Shown here: piece by piece, positions 1-11,759 of the stretch
Layout of the letters: each line of letters opens with the position of its first letter
Position numbering within the stretch: the first letter of the stretch is position 1
Assembly (NCBI RefSeq): GCF_028368995.1
Contig: NZ_JAQNDL010000005.1
Span: forward strand, 608,001-672,000
Length of the DNA: 64,000 nt
Source of the DNA: Nannocystis bainbridge
Lineage (GTDB): Bacteria; Myxococcota_A; Polyangia; Nannocystales; Nannocystaceae
Reading direction: 5' to 3'
Program-made: the position numbers and the translations under genes
The notes under the pieces: model-generated
What the model was told of the DNA's origin: nothing
The model's input: only the letters and a program-made list of their open reading frames with translations
The model's database searches: none

Positions 1-553
1 CGCCTCGCAGCGCGCCAACGACCTGAGCGTGCTCACGAGGCTCTCCCGGCGCGCCGCTGCGCAGCGGAGCGATCTGCCGGCGAGTCCCCGACACCCCGCT
101 CATCCCCGCCACCGACCCTTCGACCCTGTCTCGCGACCTGACTCATCGGCCATGCCGCGCTCGCACGCTCGACCTGTCCTGTGGGCCATGTGCGATCGAG
201 CCTGGGGTTCTTCGCCGGCATCGTCGGCATGGGCATCATTCGCGACAAACAGCGCGAGCCCTGCGATCCTGGCGATTCATCGCAAATCGCGGCACTCGTA
301 CGAAGATCCCCGAGACGGCGCCCGCGCCGGTCCGATCGGCCCCTCGCGCTCGCGCTCGCTGCATGTGCATCGACATCCCACGCGCGTGCTTTGCGCTCAC
401 GCCATTGTCTACACCCGACGCTGCGCGGACGCGCCCTCGCCGGCCCGCGTGCGATCGTCGATATCTCCGCGCCACGCGGCGAAAGGGCCGCTCGCAACGA
501 TTTCCGCTCGCTTTTTGCGTGGCCGATGGCGCCGGCCGGGTCACGGAAGAGAC

Positions 554-1075
554 ATGCGTACCAAGCACAAACACCTCGCCTGGATCGCGCTCACGCTTGC
601 CTTCGGCTTCGCTTGCGATCATGACTCCACCGAACCGCGCAAGGCGGACGCCGACGCGCTGATCCCCTGCGCCGGACCTGTCGGCCTGCAGTGCCCCGAG
701 GGCCTCGCCTGTCGCTACGACGGCGCCGACGACTGCGACCCTGACCAGGGCGACGTCGACTGCGAGGGCCACTGCCAGGCCGAAGAGCCGGTCTCCTGCG
801 GCGGCGTCGCCGGCTTCGACTGCCCCGGCGACCGCCCCTGCGTCGACGATCCGAGCGACGGCTGCGACCCCGACGACGGCGGCGCCGATTGCCTCGGCAT
901 CTGCGTCATGCCCCCGATCGCCCATTGCGGCGGCCCTCTCGGCGACGTCTGCCCGCTCGGCCAGCTCTGCGTCGACGATCCGAACGACGACTGCGACCCG
1001 GCCGCTGGCGGCATCGAATGCATCGGTCTTTGCGAGGACATGGAGATCCTCGAGAAGGCGCCCGCCGAGCGCTGA
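554..1075 (+). CDS. Cysteine-rich repeat lipoprotein
   Basis: ATG at 554 with lipobox-like AFGFAC. Three repeats of CGG..G..CP.G..CVDDP.D.CDP..GG.DC.G.C. Confidence 0.75.
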   Translation: MRTKHKHLAWIALTLAFGFACDHDSTEPRKADADALIPCAGPVGLQCPEGLACRYDGADDCDPDQGDVDCEGHCQAEEPVSCGGVAGFDCPGDRPCVDDPSDGCDPDDGGADCLGICVMPPIAHCGGPLGDVCPLGQLCVDDPNDDCDPAAGGIECIGLCEDMEILEKAPAER

Positions 1076-1330
1076 TCGGGCCCGCGCCGACTTCAATGTC
1101 GGGTCCCACCAATCCATCGGGCCGGGTCCTCGCAATCGCAGGGGACAATCAGCGCACCTTTGCTGACCCTCGGTTACCGACCGATCCCGGCGCCGGGCGG
1201 GCGTGAGCCAGCCCCGTGCAGCGGCACACGCGGCCTCCCGCCGGCCTCTGCCGCCCCGGGACGCCGCCATCGCCGCGTGACGCCCGGTCCGCGGGCGCGG
1301 GCGCGCCCGCGTTCTGGTACGCTGGCTCCG

Positions 1331-2578
1331 ATGAACCTGCGTCGCCTGACCCCGAGTGTCTGTCTATTGGCCCTGCTCGCGGCGTGCAGCGAACCGCAGG
1401 CCGAGAGCGCCGGCACTGGCACCACCGACGGCACCGGCGGGCCTGACAGCACCGGCACCGACCCGACGACCGGCACCTCGAGCGACGTCACCGGCCCCGA
1501 GCCCACCACCAGCACCACCGACCCCGGCACCACCGGCGACCCCGAGCCGCCGCCCGAGCCCGAGGCCTTCTCCGTGCTGCAGGACATCGTGTTTTACGAC
1601 GGCTACGCCGGCACCGTCGACGAGCCCATCCCCGAGGGCGTCATTCGTCACCGCAACGACCTCGTCGCCACGCGCTTCGGCGACGACATGCTGGCCAAGA
1701 TCCAGACCACCCTCACTCTCGGCGTCATCGTCGGCGCCCTGTGCGACAACTACGATCGCATCGGCGCCGTCCATCTGGCGCTGGTCCCCAAGGGCGCCCA
1801 GACCTACGATCCCGCCGAGGTCGACCGCCTCGAGGTGGCGCGCTTCATCACCCCGTTCATGGACATGAACAAGCACCCGATGACGGTGCCCTACGAGTGG
1901 CAGGCCAGCAATCTGGTGCCGATCCTCAAGGACCCGGAGCTGCTCGCCGAATACGACTTCTGGTTCGAGCTGATGATCTTCGGCGTGCCGTACGCCGCCA
2001 ACGAGGAGGTCGCCGGCTGCGCTGGTCGCAACGACACCCAGCTCGGCACCCTGCTGCTCTACACCGACAGCAAGCAGCCCGCCCCGCAGTTCGACACCCT
2101 CGTCCCGGTCGCCATCGGCCAGGAGTTTAACAATTATGCCGAGGGCGCCAGCGACGAGCTCGGCACCACCCGCAAGACCGTCACCTTCGAGCTCCCGGCC
2201 GACACCGCCAACGCCCAGCTCGTGCTCATCACCTCCAACCACGGCGCCAACGCCGGCGGCGAGGAGTACATCCGCCGCGACCACTTCGTCTACCTCGACG
2301 GCAAGCTGTTGCACGTGTACAAGCCCGGCCGCCCGACCTGCGAGCCGTTCCGCGTCTACAACACCCAGCCCAACGGCATTTACGGCCCCTACAAGCAGTC
2401 CGACGAGGCGTGGCAGTCCTTCAGCAACTGGTGCCCCGGCGACGTGATCGACACTCGCATCCTCCCCTGGGGCAGCGCCAAGGCCGGCCCGCACGAGTTC
2501 GTCATCGAAGTCCCCGACGCCACCTTCGCCGACAACCAGGGCAACTTCCCGTTCTCGCTCTACGTGCAGGCCGAGTAG
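1331..2578 (+). CDS. Peptide-N-glycosidase F (PNGase F)-like lipoprotein
   Basis: Lipobox LLAAC, Thr/Gly linker, then CDNYDRIG, RFITPF, SNHGANAGGEEY and NWCPG motifs typical of PNGase F-related proteins. Confidence 0.75.
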   Translation: MNLRRLTPSVCLLALLAACSEPQAESAGTGTTDGTGGPDSTGTDPTTGTSSDVTGPEPTTSTTDPGTTGDPEPPPEPEAFSVLQDIVFYDGYAGTVDEPIPEGVIRHRNDLVATRFGDDMLAKIQTTLTLGVIVGALCDNYDRIGAVHLALVPKGAQTYDPAEVDRLEVARFITPFMDMNKHPMTVPYEWQASNLVPILKDPELLAEYDFWFELMIFGVPYAANEEVAGCAGRNDTQLGTLLLYTDSKQPAPQFDTLVPVAIGQEFNNYAEGASDELGTTRKTVTFELPADTANAQLVLITSNHGANAGGEEYIRRDHFVYLDGKLLHVYKPGRPTCEPFRVYNTQPNGIYGPYKQSDEAWQSFSNWCPGDVIDTRILPWGSAKAGPHEFVIEVPDATFADNQGNFPFSLYVQAE

Positions 2579-2596
2579 CCCTTCTCCGCCGAGCAA

Positions 2597-2612
2597 CCTG
2601 TCCTTCAGGACA
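2597..2612. repeat. 14-bp-period repeat copy
   Basis: CCTGTCC-TTCA-GGACA hairpin just after the stop codon at 2578. Confidence 0.55.
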
Positions 2613-2803
2613 AATCGCAGCGCGGGCTCGCGGGCCCGGCCCCCCACGCCCCGGTGACCCGCAATCTGCGGCCAAGCGCCCGCAGGCCCGCGCCACGAGG
2701 CCCCGCCGTGGCGACGAGCATGTGCGGATGCGCCCGGCCTCGCATCGCCGATTCGCGTGTTTCGTCGCCGACCGCGAGACGCCGGCTGCCATCCTTCGCT
2801 ACC

Positions 2804-5137
2804 ATGGCCAACGTGCGCCCTCTCTACCTCGTACCGCTCACCTTCGCTGCGCTGACGGCTTGCACCTCCGACCCTGTGGCGAACGACGAGGCCGGCGACA
2901 CGCAGAATACCACCAGCGGCACCGACACCACCGGTGGCACCGTGCCGACCACCAGCCTCCCTGGCACCACCAGCGACACCGGCGACACCACCGGCGAGCC
3001 GCCCACGCTCGACACCTACAAGTTCGCCGGTGGTTGCTACGCCCTGCGCAGCGGCGACCAGTACCTCGCCGCCGGCGACCCCACCACCTTCGCCTTTGCG
3101 GCCGACAAGGCCGGCGCCGCGCGCTTCACCATGCGCGCCGCCGACCTCGGCACCTACCTCTTTTACGATCAGGACGGCGGCTACCTCGTCGCCGACGACG
3201 GCCCGCTCGTGCGCCAGACCGTGCTCGAGTCCGACGTCACCCGCATCGACGACGCCTACGTGTCCGGCGCCGAATGGACGCTCGAGACCTCGCTCGCCGA
3301 CTGGACGCAATACCAGCTGCGCAACCGCCGGAACGACCGCCTGCTCGGCGCCGGCGCCCTCGCCGACGACGGCCTCCCCGTCACCTTCGAGCCCGCCGAG
3401 GGTTGCAAGCCTTACCCTGAGCTCAGCCTCGACGCCACCGGCCAGATCGCCCGCACCATGTTCGACGACGGCGACCTCTACGGCATCGTCGACACCCACT
3501 CGCACATCCACTCCAACTACGCCTTCGGCGGCGGCGGCCTGTTCCACGGCGGCGCCTATCACCGCCTCGGCGTCGAGCATGCATTGCCCGATTGCTCGAT
3601 CTCCCACGGCGACATGGGCCGCAAGGACTTCTTCGGCTACATCTTCGACAACTCCGGCAACGAAGAGGCCGACCTCGCCAGCCTCTTGCCCGACCTCGTC
3701 GCCAAGCAGCTCGCCGAGGACAATCACGCCACCGCCGGCTGGCCCGAGTTCACCGAATGGCCTGACGGTCCGCGGCGCTCGACCCACCAGACCCAGTACT
3801 GGATGTGGCTGCAGCGGGCCTACCTCGCCGGCCTGCGCCTGGTCGTCCAGCACGCCACCACCAACGCCATCATCTGCGACTTCATGATCGGCGAGGGCAT
3901 CCAGGCCAGCCGCTACGGCTGCGACGACATGACCGCCGTCGACCGCATCATCGACGAGACCTACGCCATGGAGCGCTACATCGACGCCCAGGCGGGCGGC
4001 CCCGGGCTCGGGTGGTTCCGCGTCGTCCACACCCCCGCCGAGGCGCGCGAGGTCATCGCCGGCGGCAAGCTGGCTGTCATCCTCGGCATCGAGACCTCCA
4101 ACCTGTTCGACTGCAGGATCTCCCCGCTGGCCGGCGATCCTGCCTGCGACGAGGCCTACGTCGAGGCCCAGCTCGACCATTACTACGACCTCGGCGTGCG
4201 GGCCGTCTTCCCCGTCCACAAGTACGACAACAAGTTCTCGCCCGGCGACGGCGACCGCGCCTTCATCGAGCTCGGCAACTTCGCCAACAGCGGCCACTGG
4301 TCCAACTTCACCCTCGAATGTCCTGACCCGCAGGTCGGCGGGTTCGACAGCGGCAACGTCAATTTCGGCGGCCTCAACATGCCGCGCGACGTCTATGATT
4401 CGCCCGCCCCCAATGACAACAGCAATTTCCCCGGCGCCCCGCTGACCACCACCACCAAGTACCTCGGCCAGATCCTCGAACCTGCGCTCGAGGGCCCCTA
4501 CTGTCAGAACGCCAGCCTCACCCCGCTGGGCGAGCACATGATCGGTCAGATGATGGCGCGCGGCATGATCATCGAGGTCGACCACCTCCCGCAGTGGTCC
4601 TACGTCCGCGCCTACGAGCTGCTGCAGGCCGCCAGCTACCCCGCCTCCGGCAGCCACGGGCGCAACAACGGCGGCCTCCTCTACGAGCTCGGCGGCGTCT
4701 CGGCCGGCGGCTTCGGCACCTGTCGCGGCGACGCCCCCGGCACCACCGTGCAGGGCTTCAAGGACAAGATCCAGCTCATCATGGACAACGGCGGCTACCC
4801 GGCCGAGGGCTTCGGCTTCGACCTCAACGGGTTCGCCGGCGCCCGCCGCCCGCGCTTCGGCGACGGCGCCTGCCCGACCCCGCAGGCCGACCCCGTCACC
4901 TACCCCTTCAACTCGTTCGCCGGCGACATCGAGTTCACCCCGCCGGTCGTCGGCAACCGCGAGCTCGACTTCAACACCGAGGGCCTCACCCACATCGGCC
5001 TCTTGCCCGAGCTCATCGAGGACGCCCGCCGCGACGCCGTCGACGAGGCCGACCTCGAGCCGCTGTTCCGCTCGGCCGAGGGCTACATTCGCATGTGGGA
5101 GCTCGCCGAGGCCCGCGCCGCCGCCCTCGGGCGCTGA
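2804..5137 (+). CDS. Amidohydrolase / membrane dipeptidase (M19-like) lipoprotein with N-terminal beta-rich domain
   Basis: Lipobox ALTAC. DTHSH metal motif, ILGIE, GMIIEVDH, SH, GFGFDLNG and GLTHIGLLPELIED. Confidence 0.7.
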   Translation: MANVRPLYLVPLTFAALTACTSDPVANDEAGDTQNTTSGTDTTGGTVPTTSLPGTTSDTGDTTGEPPTLDTYKFAGGCYALRSGDQYLAAGDPTTFAFAADKAGAARFTMRAADLGTYLFYDQDGGYLVADDGPLVRQTVLESDVTRIDDAYVSGAEWTLETSLADWTQYQLRNRRNDRLLGAGALADDGLPVTFEPAEGCKPYPELSLDATGQIARTMFDDGDLYGIVDTHSHIHSNYAFGGGGLFHGGAYHRLGVEHALPDCSISHGDMGRKDFFGYIFDNSGNEEADLASLLPDLVAKQLAEDNHATAGWPEFTEWPDGPRRSTHQTQYWMWLQRAYLAGLRLVVQHATTNAIICDFMIGEGIQASRYGCDDMTAVDRIIDETYAMERYIDAQAGGPGLGWFRVVHTPAEAREVIAGGKLAVILGIETSNLFDCRISPLAGDPACDEAYVEAQLDHYYDLGVRAVFPVHKYDNKFSPGDGDRAFIELGNFANSGHWSNFTLECPDPQVGGFDSGNVNFGGLNMPRDVYDSPAPNDNSNFPGAPLTTTTKYLGQILEPALEGPYCQNASLTPLGEHMIGQMMARGMIIEVDHLPQWSYVRAYELLQAASYPASGSHGRNNGGLLYELGGVSAGGFGTCRGDAPGTTVQGFKDKIQLIMDNGGYPAEGFGFDLNGFAGARRPRFGDGACPTPQADPVTYPFNSFAGDIEFTPPVVGNRELDFNTEGLTHIGLLPELIEDARRDAVDEADLEPLFRSAEGYIRMWELAEARAAALGR

Positions 5138-5161
5138 CGCCTCGCCCGCGACCCGCCGTCG

Positions 5162-5572
5162 TCACACGTCGGCTTCGTCGCGCGACTTGACCTCGAACAC
5201 GACGCTGCCGACATACACGCGATCGCCCGCGTGCAGCCCCGCGCGCGTGATCTTGCGATCGTTCACGACCACCCCGCAGGCGCTGTCGAGGTCGGTGACG
5301 ATGCAATGGCCCTCGCTGTCGAACGAGAGCGAGCAAGTCCGCCGCGACAGCGTCGGATCGTGAATGACGAGGTCGCAGCCGGGCGCGCGCCCGATGACGG
5401 TGACGGCCCGCTCGAGCGCGACCGCCTCGCCGGCGAGCACCAGCCACGCGTGCTTCGGCCGGCCGTCCTGGTCCAGCGCGAAGCGCAGCGCCGGCCCGGT
5501 CTCGCCCCCCTCGCGCCCGCCCACCCCGGCCAGGTGAGCACACGCCCCGCAGCACGACGGCTCGTCAGCCAC
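5162..5572 (-). CDS. FHA domain protein
   Basis: IGRAPGCDLVIHDPTLSRR...DLDSACGVVVN...LHAGDRVYVG is an FHA signature. Start position uncertain. Confidence 0.75.
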   Translation of the reverse strand: MADEPSCCGACAHLAGVGGREGGETGPALRFALDQDGRPKHAWLVLAGEAVALERAVTVIGRAPGCDLVIHDPTLSRRTCSLSFDSEGHCIVTDLDSACGVVVNDRKITRAGLHAGDRVYVGSVVFEVKSRDEADV

Positions 5573-5718
5573 CGCTCCAGCGTAGCGAGCGCCCCGGCGC
5601 GCCGCCAGGCCGCAACATCACACAGTCCTCGAAGCCCCGCGCCACGCTCGCGGGACGCCCCGTCCCCACCTCGCGCGTCCGCGCCCCGCGCCCTCGCGCC
5701 TCGTGGTAGACGACCGCC

Positions 5719-6831
5719 GTGGAGCCCCGAGCACACTGTCCGCGCTGCCGACGGCCCCGGCGAGTGTGTTGGTGCGAGGCCCTCGTGCCGGTGCCCAGCA
5801 GCACCCGCGTCGTGTTCCTGCAGCACCCGCGCGAGACCAGGGTCGGCGTCAGCACCTGCCGCATGGCCCACCTTTCGCTGCCCGGCTCGCAGCTGCACGT
5901 CACCCTCGACCCCGACCGTCAGCCCGCGCTCGCCGAGCTGCTCGCCGCGCCCGACACCCACCTGCTGTTCCCCTCCGCCGACGCGGTCGACGTCGACGCC
6001 CTCGCCAGTCCACCGCGCACCCTCGTGGTCGTCGACGGCACCTGGGCCAACGCGCGCAAGCTGGTCGGCCGCAGCGCCCTGCTGCGCGCGCTCCCGCGGC
6101 TGTTCTTCCGCCCCGAGTTCACCAGCAACTATCGCATCCGCCGCGAGCCCGAGGGTCACTGCCTGTCGACCATCGAGGCCACCGCCCACGTGCTCGAGCG
6201 GCTCGAGCGGGCCCCCGGCCGCTACACGCCGATGCTGTCGGCCTTCGAGCGCATGGTCGCGATGCAGCTCGAATACGTCGCCTCCGGCGCGGGCGCGGCC
6301 CGCCACACCCGCCACAAACCGCCCCGCGCGCCCAAGCCCGCGTTCGACCACTGCGCCCCGCTGCGGGCCGCCCACGACCGATTGGTCCTGCTGCACGTCG
6401 AGCCCAACGCGTGGCCGTACCGCAGCGCCGACGCGCCGCCCGTCGAGGCCATCGAGCTGCGGGCCGTGCGGGTCGCCACCGGCGAACGCTTCACGACCCT
6501 GCTGGCCCCGCGTCAGCCCCTGTCACCGCGCGTCGCCTCCAACCTCGACCTGCCCGAGGCCACCATCCTCGCCGGCGCCCCGCTCGAGGCCACGCAGGCC
6601 GCCTGGCGCGCCTTCCTCGGCCCCGACGCGGTGCTCGGCATCTGGGGCTATCACGCCCTCTCGCTGCTGCGCATGGAGCCCGGCTGGACCCTCGCCCCCG
6701 AGCTCGACCTGCGCGCCCTGTGGCAGCGATCGATCGGCCGCGCCTCCAACCTCCCCGACGGCCAGGGCCGCGCCCCTCGCCGCCTCGCGGCGATCGAGCA
6801 GTCGCTGGCCACGCTGCTCACGAGCCCCTGA
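5719..6831 (+). CDS. DTW-domain tRNA-uridine aminocarboxypropyltransferase with an extra C-terminal domain
   Basis: N-terminal CPRC...CWC, LQHPRE, VVDGTW (DxTW), YRIRREP and LSTIEA. Confidence 0.85.
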   Translation: MEPRAHCPRCRRPRRVCWCEALVPVPSSTRVVFLQHPRETRVGVSTCRMAHLSLPGSQLHVTLDPDRQPALAELLAAPDTHLLFPSADAVDVDALASPPRTLVVVDGTWANARKLVGRSALLRALPRLFFRPEFTSNYRIRREPEGHCLSTIEATAHVLERLERAPGRYTPMLSAFERMVAMQLEYVASGAGAARHTRHKPPRAPKPAFDHCAPLRAAHDRLVLLHVEPNAWPYRSADAPPVEAIELRAVRVATGERFTTLLAPRQPLSPRVASNLDLPEATILAGAPLEATQAAWRAFLGPDAVLGIWGYHALSLLRMEPGWTLAPELDLRALWQRSIGRASNLPDGQGRAPRRLAAIEQSLATLLTSP

Positions 6832-6849
6832 CGCCAGGCGCTCGGCCCC

Positions 6850-7461
6850 TCACGGCTTGGGGATGTGCAGCGTCTTGCTGATCATCAACGAACCCGACAG
6901 CGCGAACATCAGCACCAGCGGGTGCAGCTGCCAGCCGAGGTCGATCGACCCGAACCACAGCGCGTCGCCGATGCGGTCGTTCCAGGTCGCCAGCGCCAGC
7001 ACCACCACCAGCACCAGGCTGGTCGGGATCGGCGTGCCCTCGAAGTAGCGGACCTTGCCGTCGTCGCCGGACATCGACTCGGCCGTGACGTTGTAGCGGG
7101 CCAGGCGGCTGACGCCGCAGCACACGAAGTACGACAGCACGACCCAGTCCCACCCGCCCTGCATGCCGCACGCGTACGCCAACGCCGCCGGGGCCACGCC
7201 GAACGAGATCACGTCGGCGAGCGAGTCGAGCTCGCGGCCCAGCGACGACGACTTGCGGCGCCAGCGGGCGATCCGCCCATCCAGCGCGTCGAACAGGAAC
7301 GCCAGCGGGATCAGGGCCATGCCGCGCAGCAGCTGGTGCGACTGCCCGTCCTGCAGGAAGCGCATGGCGGCGAACACCGCCCCGGTGCCGCAGAAGGCGT
7401 TGGCCAGGGTGAACCAGTCGGCCAGGTGAAACTCGCGGATCATGGAGAAGTGGCGCTTCAT
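6850..7461 (-). CDS. pssA: CDP-diacylglycerol--serine O-phosphatidyltransferase
   Basis: CDP-alcohol phosphotransferase motif DALDGRIAR...GRELDSLADVISFGVAPA, plus RLARYN and FEGTPIP. Confidence 0.9.
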   Translation of the reverse strand: MKRHFSMIREFHLADWFTLANAFCGTGAVFAAMRFLQDGQSHQLLRGMALIPLAFLFDALDGRIARWRRKSSSLGRELDSLADVISFGVAPAALAYACGMQGGWDWVVLSYFVCCGVSRLARYNVTAESMSGDDGKVRYFEGTPIPTSLVLVVVLALATWNDRIGDALWFGSIDLGWQLHPLVLMFALSGSLMISKTLHIPKP

Positions 7462-7634
7462 CGTCGTGTCTCTCGCGGTGCCGGATCAGGGTGCCCGATG
7501 TGGGCCTGAATTGCAGACCACCGCCGCGCCAGCGAGCTCGTGCGCGAAAGACCGCGAGCCGCCGGCCACAGCGGCGCCGGCCGGCCCTCCGCGTCGCCGC
7601 GCGAGCCCCGCGATGGAAGCCTGCCTGCCGCGCA

Positions 7635-7673
7635 TATGCATCTCGGGACATGTCTATTGGAACATGTCCCGAG
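7635..7673. repeat. 14-bp-period CATG repeat; 12-bp inverted repeat
   Basis: Cores at 7635, 7649 and 7663. Arms CTCGGGACATGT / ACATGTCCCGAG. Confidence 0.8.
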
Positions 7674-7689
7674 CGCCTCCGCGCACCGC

Positions 7690-9108
7690 TCACGCGGCCG
7701 AGGCCGGCGCGTGGCGGGCCAGCAGCGCCCGCCCGGCCGGCCCGATCACCGCGGTCATCGCCCGCCGGGCCACCGCCATCCGCCCGGCCGCGCCCAGGCG
7801 CCCGTGCGCGAGCATCCTTTCGGACATGTCCTTTTCGACATGTCCCAGCGACCTCCCGACGCCCACCTCCGCGGCCGCCAGCGCCGCCGCGCAGGCCGCG
7901 TAAACCGCCGGACCGCCGCGCTCCAGCGCCCACGCCACGAACCGCCAGGCCAGCTCCGCGTGGCGCAGCTCGTCGGCGGCGATCCGGGCCAGCGCCGCGC
8001 GCACTGCTGGATCCTCCGCCCGCGCCAGCGCGGCCTCGGCCTGCAGGGCGGCGAACGTCTCGCCGATGCAGCCCTCGCGCAGCGTCGCCACCGTCACCGT
8101 CACCAGGTCGTCCGCGCCCGTCAGCGCCCCCGCCAGCGGCAGCGGCGACGGCCCCCGCGGCTCGCCGCCGTACGCCCCCGCCAACCCGAAGCACAGCCGC
8201 GCGTGCGCGACCTCGTCGGCCATCGCCTGCTGCGCCGCCTCGACCAGGCTCGCCGGGGCCCCGAGCGCCAGCAGCTGCAGCGCGAAGCGGGCGAACGCGG
8301 CCACCGACGCGTGCTCGGCCAGCCCGTCCTCGAGCCACCCGGCCGCCAGCGCCGCCCGCTCGCCCGCCGACAGCCCGGCCAGCGCCGGCGCCACCGCCGA
8401 GCCCCAGTCGTCGCGCGCCAGCGGCCGCGCCGTGCGAGCTGTCTCTTCGACCAGGAAGGGCCGCCCGCAGCAGCTCGACTGCCACGAGACATTCACGCAG
8501 CACTGCCCGCGCTGCTCGAACGGCGGCGAGATCGAGGCCGGCCACAGACCGCAGTCTTCGAAGACCGGGACCTCGACCCCCGCGCACGCCCCGCTGTCGC
8601 CCATCGTGTCGCCCGTCGTGTCCCCCGTCGTCGAGTCCGCGCCGGTCGTGCCGGTCGTGTCCCCCGTCGTCGTGTCCCCGGTCGTCTCGCCCGTCGTCTC
8701 GCCCGGCAGCTCGGTGCATTCGACGGTGTCGAAGTGGTCGATCGGGCAATCCGGCGTCTCCGACGTATCGCTCGACTGCGACGTCGCCACGGTCGGATCG
8801 GTCGGATCGGTCGCCGACTCGGAGGTCTCCGGCTCCGGCGCCGTCGTCGGCTCCGTCTCCGTGATCGTCCCCGGCAGCGGCTCCGTGCTCGTCCCCGGCC
8901 CCGGGGCCGTGCTCGTCGTCGTCCCGTCGCCGGTGCTCGCCGTCGTCCCGTCGCCCGTGCTCGTCATGCCCGACGCCGAGCCCTCGGTCGCGGCGACCGG
9001 GCGCTCCGTGCACGCGCCCGCCAGCACCAGCGGCGCCATTCCGGCGGCCCGCAGCAGCACCGCCAACACCTCGGCCTCACGCAGCTTGAGAAAATCGAAG
9101 TTAGTCAT
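7690..9108 (-). CDS. Ferritin-like domain lipoprotein
   Basis: LAGAC lipobox, TTGD/TTGE linker and CCGRPF. Diiron-type motifs EHAS, DEVAH, EGCIGE and DELRH. Confidence 0.8.
   Translation of the reverse strand: MTNFDFLKLREAEVLAVLLRAAGMAPLVLAGACTERPVAATEGSASGMTSTGDGTTASTGDGTTTSTAPGPGTSTEPLPGTITETEPTTAPEPETSESATDPTDPTVATSQSSDTSETPDCPIDHFDTVECTELPGETTGETTGDTTTGDTTGTTGADSTTGDTTGDTMGDSGACAGVEVPVFEDCGLWPASISPPFEQRGQCCVNVSWQSSCCGRPFLVEETARTARPLARDDWGSAVAPALAGLSAGERAALAAGWLEDGLAEHASVAAFARFALQLLALGAPASLVEAAQQAMADEVAHARLCFGLAGAYGGEPRGPSPLPLAGALTGADDLVTVTVATLREGCIGETFAALQAEAALARAEDPAVRAALARIAADELRHAELAWRFVAWALERGGPAVYAACAAALAAAEVGVGRSLGHVEKDMSERMLAHGRLGAAGRMAVARRAMTAVIGPAGRALLARHAPASAA
7821..7846. repeat. 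14-bp-period repeat inside the ferritin-like CDS
   Basis: CGGACATGTCCTTTTCGACATGTCCC, with CATG at 7825 and 7839. Confidence 0.75.
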
Positions 9109-9170
9109 TTCGCCTGCATACCACGGTGCCTCCCGGTGAGACAGACCCCGGCCGACGGGCGCTCTCGCCA

Positions 9171-9192
9171 TATGTCCATGAAGACATGTCCC
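9171..9192. repeat. 14-bp-period repeat copy
   Basis: TATGTCCATGAAGACATGTCCC, with cores at 9171 and 9185. Confidence 0.65.
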
Positions 9193-9450
9193 ATCGACCA
9201 CTTTGCGTCATGCCCTGGGGGCCATCGTCCCCTCTGCACCTGCGCACCCGGCCGTGATCTCGCAGGACACGAACCTCGACCCGGAGGCGATCGCTCCGCG
9301 CAAGGTCGTGGCTCCGGTCGAGTCGATCGACCACGACGGACGCCACCCCCACCGCACCGACGACGGGCGCGGCTCAAAGCTGACCACCGACGCCACCATC
9401 GCGGCAGCGGCAGCATACACCGCGTCGCCGCACCTGGCTCAACGATAAAT

Positions 9451-9490
9451 GACCGAAGGGACATGTTCTCTCGAACATGTCCCTTCGGTC
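9451..9490. repeat. Perfect 18-bp inverted repeat built from the 14-bp unit (possible terminator/REP)
   Basis: GACCGAAGGGACATGTTC-TCTC-GAACATGTCCCTTCGGTC, with CATG at 9462 and 9476. Confidence 0.85.
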
Positions 9491-9522
9491 CACTCACGAC
9501 ACGCGCCGTTCGGCGCGTCGGC

Positions 9523-11280
<1,758 letters not shown>

Positions 11281-11759
11281 GTCGGCAGCGCGCTCGGGTG
11301 GTGCACACGATCGCGCGTCGAAATCGCACCGTACCGCACAGGATCTGCGGGGGTCTCTGCCCCCGGGAGACGAGACTCACGACGACACCGGCCCCGCGGG
11401 CCGTGACGATTCGCGTGATCGCGCAGGGAGTGGGTCGACGGATTCCGCGGCAGGTGGCCGCCCTTCGCCCCCCACGCGGCGAACGACGGCCTGGTCTCCT
11501 GCCCCTGATTCCATACGATCATGGAAACCCTGAATCACACTACCGGCGCCCGACCCGCGTCGGCGTCCGGATCTGCCATGTGAGAATTTTCGGCCCCAGC
11601 GACCAATCGCGCGATCCCCGTCGGTCACGGCCCCGCGAAAGCGAGCCGACGCTCGCGCGGCAGCGAGCTCGGATGCCGCGCGAGGCTCGCTCGCGGTGTG
11701 ATCATTCCGGTCGCTGGCGACGAGCGACGATTCGCCGCCTCATCGCGCGAGCGACGGGC

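Noticed and set aside
1364-4993. 1209-aa minus-strand ORF, and similar long shadow ORFs (7540-10671, 21096-23708, 32518-35682, 45117-47759)
   Set aside because: These are antisense or off-frame shadows of real GC-rich genes and carry no domain motifs.
9451-9490. GGACATGTCC matches the eukaryotic p53 half-site, and the hairpin could be a classic intrinsic terminator
   Set aside because: The p53 match is coincidental in a bacterium. The hairpin has no U-tract, so it is recorded as a repeat rather than a terminator.
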